64,000 bases of DNA from NCBI RefSeq assembly GCF_963921235.1, contig NC_086126.1, forward strand, positions 18,042,001 through 18,106,000, given 5' to 3'. This document shows, in pieces, positions 53,022 through 64,000 of this stretch; position 1 is the first letter of the stretch, and each line of letters opens with the position of its first letter. Both the position numbers and the translations under genes were made by a program. The notes below the pieces were generated by a model that worked only from the letters and a program-made list of their open reading frames with translations, was not told the origin of the DNA and searched no databases. The DNA is from Mobula hypostoma (taxonomy: Eukaryota).

Positions 53022-54218
53022 CATGGCAGAGTAAAGGGCTATCATCTGCCACACCACTATTTAGGTTCCCAACCCACTGATGAATCGTTTCAATTCTCCT
53101 GCGACGCATTAACTAATCTGCCCATATTTGACCCGCCTTGTTCAAGTGCAGCCGGTCCCACTTCTACAGGTCACCTCTGCCCCAGCAGAGATCCCAGTGG
53201 CTGGAAACCTGAACCTGTTCTCCTGTACCAGCTCCTCATCCTCACATCCACCTGCCCTGTCCCCATGTTCCTGTCCTTACCAGCACTTGGCATCAGGAGT
53301 AATCCAGTGATTACAGATCTCCTTGTCTCCACCCTCCCCTGTTGTACATCAGAATCACAGACCTGGCTGCTGCTGCTCTGCTGAAAGGCCATGTCTCCTG
53401 TTGATCAATTCTCCAAGTCAATCTGCTTCACCAGTCCCATTAAATGGATTCACTTTCCCCTTCAAACCTCCCATGTCAGGTCTGTATCTGCTCTGCTCTC
53501 TGGACCATCCAGAATGTGCCCTCTTTTCATTATTACCATTGGAGAAGAGGTACAGGAACCTGAACGCACACTTAATGTTTTAGGAACAGCTTCTTCCTCT
53601 CCACTATCTGATTTCCAACTGGTCCATGAACACTGCCTAACATCATCGTCACAAAATTGATTTGGTGGAAGGAGACAGAGGGTGGTCGTGTCAGCTTGTT
53701 ATTCAGGTTGGAGGCCGCTGACCAGTGACATTCTCAGGGATCGGTGCTGGTACTGTAATTTGTCATCTATGTTAACAATTTCTCCGACATTGTCGTTAAA
53801 GTGATTAGTGAGTTTGCAGATGACAGCAACACTGGTGGTAGAGCGCACAGTGAAGATTATCTGAGAGTACAATGGGATCGAGGTGAACTGGGGAAGTCGG
53901 CCAAAGAATGGCAGAAGGATGTTGACATGGACAAGGATGAGGTGTTGCATTATGAGAAGTTCAACCAGGGAAGGACCTGCACAGTAAATTCTTGTCCGTT
54001 GGAGAGTATTACAGAACAGAGAGACCATGGAATTCAGAAACATCATTCACTGGAAGTGACAACACAGGTAGTCAGGATGGTGATGTTTGTCCTATTTGTC
54101 TTCATTGGTCAGGGAATTGAGTACAGGATTTGGGATGCCATATTGCCACTGTAAACATCAAAGTGAGACTACACTGTATTGTGCACAGTTCTAGTTGCAA
54201 GAAGGATGCCATGAAGCT

Positions 54219-54346
54219 TGTTTGAGACTACTAGACAGATATAAGGAGGAATTTAAGGTGGGGGCTTATATGGGAGGCAGGGTTTGAGGGTCGGCACAAC
54301 ATTGTGGGCCAGAGGGCCTGTACTGTGCTGTACTATTCTATGTTCT
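54219..54346 (+). mobile_element. Short CR1 3' end private to the right arm
   Basis: Same 3' UTR as the CR1 at 37557. Absent at the mirrored site near 24565. Confidence 0.8.
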
Positions 54347-57231
54347 AAGATGGAAAGTGTGGAGGGAAGTTTAATGAGGATGTTACTGACACTGGAGGAC
54401 TTTAATTATCAGCAGAAGCTTGGATAGGCTGGGACTCTCTTTCTCTCCCTAAATGGTAAGAAGCTGTGAATGATCAGATGTTTATAAAATCACTGAGTGA
54501 CCAGTCTATGTGTGAAGGTAGGGGAGTGTAAAACTACAGGATAATTGTTTAAGGTGAAGGGGAAACATTTAAAGTCTACCTGAGGGTCACTGTTTTGCCA
54601 CGCAGACGCTGGTGTACATATTGAACATGGAAGTTGTCAACAAGGACACAGTTATCATGCTTCAAACACATTTCACTTCTCTCAGACTCAGGTGTGGGGG
54701 GTGTTGTATCTTTGATTAAGGAGACCAACACTGCAGTAACTAGTGAGGGTTTTGATAAGTAGAGGTTTTAAATAAAATTATGAATGATGATTTTGATGGG
54801 ATTATACTGCCACCTTCCCGATAGGGTGAGATATTATGGACCAGACGTGTTGGTAAATCACACAGAGGGGTAATGGGAACAGGCAGTCGGGCATTTTGAC
54901 TTCCCCAGTATTAAGCAGATTACCTTTGTATGAAAAACTTGAGTTTCCAGGAGTAATTTTGCAGATGCAGGATCAGTTCATTCCTCAGCAGCAACAGTAT
55001 TTGAAAGGGAGGATGAAGCAAACATCACTAACAGAAGACAAAGGCAGCATAAAAGAACATGAGAGGGCATACAGTATCACAAAAATTAATGGATTAGGAA
55101 ACTCAAGAAAACAACAGAAGACAACTACAATAGCAATGAGGAGAGAACAGATGAATTGCAAAAATAAGCAGGGCAATGATATAAAAGAAGATACTAAAAG
55201 TTTTATTTTTCAGACATGAATAGAGTAAAAGAGAGGCAAGAATGGATCAGGTATCATGTTTCCCATTCTCACTTCGTGCTCACACCCCTCCCTGATCCTC
55301 TGTTTACACTGTCTAGTTTAATGTATAGTTCTTATTTTAACTGTTATTTTTAAAAATAAATTGCAGTGTACTGCTGTAGCAAGCCAACAAAGTTCATGAC
55401 ATATATTCATATTAATAAACTTGATTTTGATTCTGATACTAACCACATTCACTGATCACGGCCAGTGTACAAAATGCATGTGAATATGTTGGGATAACTT
55501 CACTCAACTTTACTCGTCCCAACATTGAACTGTTCCCACTATCTATTGAATTGCTTTCACTGACTTTTCATCTCATGTTCTCGATGTTTATTCCTTATTA
55601 AGTTATTATTATCATTTCTGATTTGTTTTCCTTTGGTATTTGCACAGTTTGTTGTCTTTTGCACATTGGTTGATTGTCCATCTTGTTGGGTGCAGTCTTT
55701 CATCGATCCTGTTATGTTTCTTGGGTTGACTGACTATGCCCACAGGAAAACAAATGTCAGGTTTGTACATGGGGACATATATGTACAGTATTTTGATAAA
55801 ACATTTACTTTGGAATTTGAACTTCTAACTTCAAGGTGCCATACCTGCATTTCTAAGAGTCAAGTTTGCAGAGACAACAAAGAGCTCATAAAATTGCTCG
55901 TTTCTTCAAATGGTTTATGTACATGCCTTTAAATGGAAATTACAGGCTGCATTTTGCAGTAATAGTAGTTCAGAAGAAGTGTACCTACATGTTTTGTGAG
56001 CTGCCCTCACGATGTCACCGTGTATCACCAGCACCACCTTGCCTGATGAACAATACAGGCATCCAAGAGTCTCCCAGATAGATACCAGGATGCGCAGAGA
56101 ATGGAGGGCCATACAATCCATTAGGTGGGGGATAAATCGTCCGGACCTGAGCAATTACTTCATGGGAGGTTGAGGTGAAAATCCTCAGATGACTGATGAA
56201 AGTCCTGGAGAATGGAAAGAGGCGAATGTTCCATTATTTGCAAGGACAAGCTGGGAACTGCATGCAGGTCAGTCTGACATCAGTAGTGGGGAAGCTGCTG
56301 GAGAGGATTCTGAGTCACGATGTACCAGCATTTGAATAGCGAATTAGGTGTCATAAGGGCTTTGTGCACAGGGAGTTGTGGTTGGAGAATCTCTGAGTTT
56401 TTCAAGATGCAGCAGGGTAAAAAGGTAGATGTGATATTATATGGACTTTGGAGAAAGTCTCACATGGCAGCCTGGTCTGGAAGGTTAGGCCCCATTGTAT
56501 CTCGGGTGAGCTAGCCAGCTGGATTCAAAGTTGTCTTGGTGGTAGGAAGAAGAGGGTTATGCTTGAAGGTTGTTTCACAGAATGGAGGCTGGTGATTAGC
56601 GGTGAGCCGCAGGGGCCAGAGTTGAGAGCCTCGGCATTCGTTATTTATATATTTGATTTACATATGATCACCAAATTAACACACGTTCTTGATAGCGAAG
56701 AAGATTATCGCAGTTACAGGGGGACCGTGATCATTTCGGGAAGAGGGCCACAGTATTTCAATACAGATAAATGTGAGGCGGTGCATATTTGAAAGTCAAA
56801 CCAGTGTAGAACTTACACTGTGAACGATCGGTCATTAGGGAGTGGCATGGACTGGAGAGATTTAGGGGTAAAGTGCACACACAGTTGAAAGTGGTGTCAC
56901 TGGTAGACAGGGTGATGAAGAACGCGGTTTAACATGCTGGTCTTCGTTCGTCAGAGGATTGAGTATATTAGATGGGACATTTTGATACAGTTGTGGAAGT
57001 GACTGGAGGCCACACTTGCCGATTTGTGTACAGCTCTTGTCACCGTTATAGGAAACGGGGTTAAACTGGGGAGAGTGTAGAAAAGATTTCCAAGGATGTT
57101 TCCCGGACCTGAGGTTCTCAGTTACACAGAGAGTTTGGCCAGACAAGGTCCTTTGTCCTTTATTCCTTGGAATCAGAATCAGATTTATCAGTGTTATATG
57201 ACATGGAAGCTGTCGTTTTATTTTGACGGCC

Positions 57232-57346
57232 AAAATGCTGGAGGAACCCAGCAAGTCAGGCAGCATCTAACACCAGAGTCCTGATGAAGGTTCTCAGCCC
57301 GAAATGTCGACTGTTTATTCCTCCCATTGTGCTGCCCGACTTGCTG
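57232..57346 (+). mobile_element. Palindromic pseudo-LTR derivative with a hammerhead motif (57277-57312)
   Basis: AGTC-CTGATGA-A-GGTTCTCAGCCC-GAAA-TG-TC-GACT lies between inverted CAGCAAGTC arms. Confidence 0.7.
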
Positions 57347-57910
57347 ATTTCAGCCAGCGTCGTGTCAGGGAGAGTGTGTTAAAGGGGCGGGCGGCTTAGA
57401 CTGGAGTCGCTGTGTTTGTGGCTCCGAACATATCGTCGGATTTTTCAGCGTTTCATGTACAAAATGAAACAATTTCTCTGTTACGGAATCGCATCACTCT
57501 CCCGCTCAGTCCCGAAGCTGGAATAAACCGCAAAGTTTTCGTTACTTTTAATATTTCAGTCCAAAAGCAAAGAACAGGTCACCGATCGGGAGAGAGATCG
57601 CGGGCAGCGCATAATGAAACGGGTTAAAATAGAAAGAGCTGCCTTTAATCTTGAATAAACTTTCTTTCCAGCGAACTTTCCGGCCTCAGTGACGGACAGG
57701 GACCAGTCCGAGTCCCCGGAATGTCCGATTTTAATTGGAATCGGAGAGTTTTTGAGGAGAGAGAAACACAGAAAAATGAAATCTCCGGGAGCTGACAGCA
57801 GGATGTCTCCGCCCCGTCCGCTCGCTGCCTTTAAATTGCTCTGTATCGCCGCCTTTCGCTTCAGTTCTCATTCAGTCTGATTGTGAGAAGGATTTTCCAG
57901 AGTCGCCGAC

Positions 57911-58376
57911 ATGACCGAGACAGCACCCGCCGAAACGGCTCCTGCAGCCGCACCCGCCGCCGCAAAGAAGAGTCCCAAGAAGAAGGCGGCCGGCCGGAGC
58001 AAACCAGCCGGTCCCAAGCTGGGCGAACAAATCGATAAGATTGTGGCGGATTGTCGCGATAGGAAGGGGATGTCCGCTGTGGCCATCATGAAGGCTCTGA
58101 CCAGCAGCGGTGTAGATGTGGGGAAACGTCGCGCCCAGATCAGGATGTGCATCAAGAAGAGAGTGGAAAGCGGCTCCTTGGTTCAGACCAAGGGCGCGGG
58201 TCTTTCGGGATCCTTTAAATCCGGTCAAGGAAAAAGTGAACAAGCCATCGGCAAAGAAATCTGCCACCAAGAAGTCTGGCGCCGAGAAACCAGCGGCTAA
58301 GAAAGCGGCGCCGAAGCCCAAGATACTCGCAGCCCCGAAGACGAAAGCGGCCAGGAAGACGGCAGTCAAAAAGTGA
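57911..58376 (+). pseudogene. H1: Linker histone H1 with a frameshift after the globular domain
   Basis: A 23-nt deletion at AAAAGTG|AAC relative to the paralog shifts the frame; there are two further tail deletions. H1 box AAACACA at 57764-57770. The stem-loop at 58414-58429 has one mismatch. Confidence 0.88.
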
Positions 58377-59045
58377 ATTGAGAATACACCATTTGTAAGT
58401 GTTTGAACCCAACGGCTCTTCTCAGAGGCACCCACATCTCAGAAAAGAGCTGATCAAGAATATTGTGATTCCCGCGCCGGGTCCGACTGAGTTTTCCGGG
58501 GGAACTTCTCCCATAAAACCCGATATTCCCGGTACCTCTGACATTCAGTGGGGCAGTGACGCCCCAGATTTGAAGTGAAACACTCGAGTTTCACTCAGGC
58601 TGTGTGTGTGAGTGAGAGAGAGAGAAAGAGAGAGAGAGACATGTGATGTAGTTGCAGGCCCAGTCCCTTCTCCCATGCCGGGAGAGAGTGACTGAGACAC
58701 TGACAGCAGCGGAGATTCCGCGCCTCACACCCCAAGACCCGATTCAGCTGAGTTGATTGGGAACTACTCAAAAACCTATGTGAGAGTGGAAGGGGCGTCC
58801 TGAGAGACGGATCTGTCTCTGCGGATGGGCTGCAGGGGGAAGATACATGATAAACTACCCCGTGGCATTGCCGACTGACCTTCATTCAGTTACCAGCCAC
58901 AAAACTACATAAGTTTATTCACACAAAACGGCAACATTAAATATGTACTAGACAGTGAAACCGAACAACCCCATCAGGAGGGCAGATCATCACTACAATA
59001 ATACAATGATCAGCAAGCGACAGCCCTGTCCTTTGCTGTGGTAGT

Positions 59046-59061
59046 GGCTCTTAAAAGAGCC
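59046..59061 (-). promoter_or_regulatory. Histone 3' stem-loop of H3
   Basis: Minus strand GGCTCT-TTTA-AGAGCC. Confidence 0.92.
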
Positions 59062-59090
59062 TTTTCTTGTGTTTGTTGTGGAGGCCGGGT

Positions 59091-59507
<417 letters not shown>

Positions 59508-59925
59508 TCAGAACTGAGAACACAGGCTGAAACACAGGAACAAGATAGACGGAACGTCCTCCGGGACAGGATTTTATACTGTTGGAAGGGTCTTCCCGTC
59601 AGCTCTGATTGGCTGAACCAGGTTCCTTACTGCGATTGGTTGATTCCTTTCATGAAGGATGACGGCCAATAACAATTACGGGCCAAATGGGAAACTGTTA
59701 ACTGGCGGTCGGACTTCATCCAATCAGAATGAAGTCTGATTGGCGCAGGATAAATTTCAAACCGACCGCCAATTTCAGAGCACCCAGCAACGGTGCTTGA
59801 TTATTTTTATTTACAATTTCACTTTCAATTAATAAATTCAATTCCCTCAGTTAAGATTTACATGCATAATTACGGAATCGTTTCTCTAAACGAGTGAACT
59901 GATTTCTGTCAGAGACGGATAAAAC

Positions 59926-60022
59926 GTCCTGACGAAGGGTCTCGGGCTGGAACATCGACTGCACCTCTTCCTAGGGATGCTGCCTGGCCTGCTGCGTTCA
60001 CCAGCAACTCTTAGTGTGTTGC
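59926..60022 (+). mobile_element. Solo Penelope pseudo-LTR fragment with a decayed hammerhead in the H4-H3 spacer
   Basis: GTC-CTGACGA-A-GGGTCTCGGGCT-GGAA-CA-TC-GAC..., close to 9292-9390. Absent from the left-arm spacer near 19893. Confidence 0.75.
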
Positions 60023-60198
60023 TAAGATCGACCTTAATGCATTCAGAGGTTTAGTCGTAATCACGGACTGGAAAGGCAGGTTCGCAGGTAGATTTCAAGC
60101 GGAACCGATTAATCTGTTGCAAATATAACTCAGCTGAATATATCGATAAAAAAAAATTAAAATGTTGTAGATACGGCTCCGTCTGTGAGGCGGTGGGT

Positions 60199-60214
60199 GG
60201 CTCTTAGAAGAGCC
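60199..60214 (-). promoter_or_regulatory. Histone 3' stem-loop of H4
   Basis: Minus strand GGCTCT-TCTA-AGAGCC-ACCCA. Confidence 0.92.
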
Positions 60215-60247
60215 TTTGTGTTGTGCTCGGGAGGAAGTGGGAGTTTT

Positions 60248-60556
<309 letters not shown>

Positions 60557-62789
60557 TCACTCAGGTCGCTGCTCACTGACAAACTGCCTGCTGCTGTCTC
60601 CTTTTATACACAGCGCCCCGAACTGCCCGAGAAACGCGCAGAGGGACAGAGGCGGGGAGGGGAGGAGACAGAGTCAGAGTGACGGACAGAGCCGAGAGCG
60701 GCCTCTCATCGTCCAGCTCCGCCTTCACTTTACCACAACCGCCAATTTCCAACGATTCATCCGACACAAAGCGCTCCAGCTAAAACAAAACTCCCTCACA
60801 CACCACGTACATACTGGAGGATTTCTGGGAATTTGCCGATTCTCCTGCTTTAAATTATAGGAAGTGCTTTTCCATTCCGCAAATCGCCGAGGATCTCGGT
60901 CTGTTCCTCCCGGCCCCATGACCAGTGCGAGCGCCCTCACTCACAGAAGTTGGTGGGCGAGGGTGCGGTCACTTCCAGTGATTCATTAGGACAATTGTTC
61001 CTCTGGGTCGCCAGGGAAATGAAAGACCGGTCACATACAGGAACAGGATACAGAACCAGATATATAGACCGCGCTTCTGGCGCTTTCTAAAGCCAGGTAA
61101 AGGGGTGGCTGAGGAGCTGGTGTGGGGTGGGTGGGGACTTCAGGTACACGTTTAAACGAGTAGGAATTAGGTCCTACATAGTGATTTTAGGGAATTTTGG
61201 GTTAAAAAAGCAGGACTTCCAGGATTGTAATCTCGGAATTGTGACCTAAACCATGTGCTGATGTGGTGAAAAATCGATATTTCGTGCCGTTTAAGATGTT
61301 GCTGAGGAACTGAGCAGGAGGGAGGTCTTCAGATTTATGGATCAATGGGCACCTTCCAGGCAGTTGGGAGACCGGGACAAACAGGGTTATTTGCATCTGA
61401 ACAGGAGAGGAACTAATATCTTCACCAGGAGGTTTGATGGTGTCACTTGGCAGAGTTTGAACTACAGTAGCAAGTGGGAGAATGTATGTATGACAAGACA
61501 GTCTGAAAAGAACGAGAGCCAATGTCAGGCTAATAAACATGGTGGAACTGATGGGCTGAAATGAGTTTATTTCAACATTAGGAGTGTTACATTAGCAGAG
61601 GGACAGGGCTGGCAGCTCAACATTCCTGGGTTTGATTGTTTTACATGTGAGTCGGGGTTAAAAATGCAGAGGTTACCTCACTGGGATTTTCACAGCAAAC
61701 TGGAAGGTTCATTTTCAGAGGCAATCTGCAGTTACACTGTTGGGATGTTTGTATTGGCCCCACAATAACCAGTGGGGGGACTTTATCTTCCCTAGAATTG
61801 ACTGGGACTTGCTTAATTCTTAGATGTGCTAAATTTCTTCTGTGAATCCAACTAGTCTTTGAAGCATTATGTACGGGGCCCAACCAGAGGTGAGAACAGA
61901 TGGGAATTCATTTTTGGAAATGAGCAAGGCCAGGTGACAGCTAAGAGTCAGTGAACATTTTGGGAACAGTGATCAGAACTTTTTTTTCTTAGTTACAAGT
62001 TAAAATAAAAGTAGATCTTTTATAAAGGTACTAAATTGCAGGAGGACAAGTCAGGACAGAGTAAGACAGAAGCCAAGGGGCATTGATTGGGAGCAGCCAG
62101 TGTCAGACAAATCCACATCTGACAGTTAGAGACCAGCAACTCTGAGTTCAAGATGAGCATGTTCTGGTGAGGAGTGAGACAGATGTTAAGTAAGGGATCT
62201 TTAGACAAGCAGAGAGATCCTAAATTTAGTCAAAAGGATATGGAAGGTTTATGAAGCTAAAGTCAGACTGGGTACCTTTGGAATATAAAGATAACAGGGA
62301 AATGCAGGTGATAGGAAAGGCCAAAAGGGGCCACAACCTGTCCTTATAATGTGGGACCAAAGATAATCCCAAGGCCTTTTGATTTGTATTAATAAGACGA
62401 GGATAACCAGAGAATGGAAAGCTTGACTCAAGATTAAAGGAGGAATGATGTGATTGAAGTCAGACCAAGTGGCTGACGTACTGAATGAGTACGTTGTGTC
62501 AGTATTTACCGAGGAGAAGGAATTGAATGGCAACGAAAACAGAGTGGGACATGCTAATATGCAGAGATGTGTTGAAATTAAGGAGGCGGTTGTGCTGGAA
62601 TGTCTGAAAAGCAATAAGATGGATAAGACTCCAGGGCCTGAAGGCATTTATCCTACAATAGTGAAGGAAGATTGCTGGGGATTTGACAAGGATCTATATG
62701 TCCTCGATCACAACATGTGAGGTCCCATAGGACTGGAGTGTAGCAAATGTTAGAGCTCTGATCAACAAGGGAAGTAACAAGAATCCAGG

Positions 62790-64000
62790 AGCTGCAGCTC
62801 CTTAGGGACCATGTTAGGGAACTGGAGGTGCAGCTCGATGACCTTCGTCTGGTCAGGGAAAGTGAGGCGGTGATAGAGAGGAGCTATAGGTAGGTAGTCA
62901 CTCCAGGGCCTGAGGAGACAGATAAGTGGGTAACAGTCTGGAGAGGGAAGGGCAAGAGGCAGATGCTAGAGAGTACCCCAGTGGCTGTCACACATAACAA
63001 TAAGTACTCCTGTTTGAGTACTGCTGGGGGAGGGGGAACAACAGTGGCCACGTCTCTGTCACAGAGTCTGGCCTTGTGGCTCAGAAGGGCAGGGAAAGGA
63101 AGAGGATAGCAGCAGTGATAGGGGACCCTATAGTTAGAAGGTCAGACAGGTGATTCTGTGGATGCAGGAAAGAAACGCAGGTAGTTATTTTGCCTCCCAG
63201 GTGTCAGGGTCCGGGATGTTTCTGATCGCGTCCACGATATCTTGAAGTGGGAAGGAGAACCTGTATGAAAGGGGACCAATATCCTAGCATGGAGGTTTGC
63301 TAAGGCTACTGGGAAGAGTTTAAACTAGAATTGCTGGTGTTTGAGATGTGTCTATTTTAATGCAAGGAGTATTATGAACAATGTGGATGAGCTTAGAGCG
63401 CGGATCAGCACTTGGAGCTATAACGTTGTGGCCATCGCAGAGACTTGGATAGTGCAGGGGCAGAAATGGCTACATCAAGTGCCAGGCTTTAGATGTTTCA
63501 GAAGGGACAGGGAGGGAGGCAAAACAGGTGTGGGCATGACACTGTTGATCAGGGGTAGTGTCACAGCTGCAGAAAAGGAGGAAGTCATGGAGAGGTTGTC
63601 TACGGAGTGTCTGTGGGTGGAAGTTGGGAATAGGAAGGGGTCAATAACTCCACAGGGTGTTTTTTACAGACCACCCAATAGTAACAGGGACATCGAGGAG
63701 CTGATAGGGAGACAGATTCTGCAAAGGTGTAATATAACAGAGTTGTTGTGGTGGGAGATTTTAATTTCCCCAAATATTAAACGGCATCTCCCTCGAGTGA
63801 GGAGTTTTGATGGGGTGGAGTTTGTTAGGTGTGTTCAGGAAGGTTTCTTGATACAATATGTAGAGAAGCCTACAAGAGGAGAGGCTGTGCTTGATCTGGT
63901 ATTGGGAAATGAACCTGGTCAGGTGTCAGGTCTCTCAGTGGGAGGGCATTTTGGAGATAGTGATCACAATTCTATCTCCTTTACCATAGGATAGGAGAGG
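62790..64000 (+). mobile_element. CR1 5' part (ORF1 remnant and APE endonuclease), mirror of 15671-17088
   Basis: ORF 63341-63994: CVYFNARSI..AETW..RRDREGGK..FYRPPNS..AVLDLVL..SDHN. Confidence 0.9.

Overview
Eukaryotic, repeat-dense vertebrate DNA, probably a cartilaginous fish such as a ray. That assignment is inferred from the CR1, Penelope and V-SINE repeat mix. The window holds a decaying replication-dependent histone cluster laid out as an approximate mirror image: H4> H3> <H1 ... <H2A <H2B ... H2B> (H2A lost) ... H1> <H3 <H4, plus an extra H3 fragment and a faint H4 3' relic. Only H3 at 59091-59501 looks fully canonical. H2B at 32029-32403 has an intact ORF but an altered 3' stem-loop. 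The other copies carry nonsense, frameshift or in-frame deletions, several at short microhomologies. One H3 lacks residues 7-11 (K9/S10) yet keeps its promoter and stem-loop. Most intergenic DNA is transposon debris: CR1, Rex1/Babar and Nimb/I-like LINEs, Tc1 and Charlie-type hAT DNA elements, three solo LTRs, SINEs and a 46/40-bp minisatellite. The most notable non-protein signal is a dispersed family of about nine minimal type I hammerhead-ribozyme motifs (consensus CAGTC-CTGAYGA-A-GGGTCTCGGCCC-GAAA-CG-TC^GACTG) in Penelope-like pseudo-LTRs. All alignments were read by eye, so boundaries of degenerate repeats are approximate.
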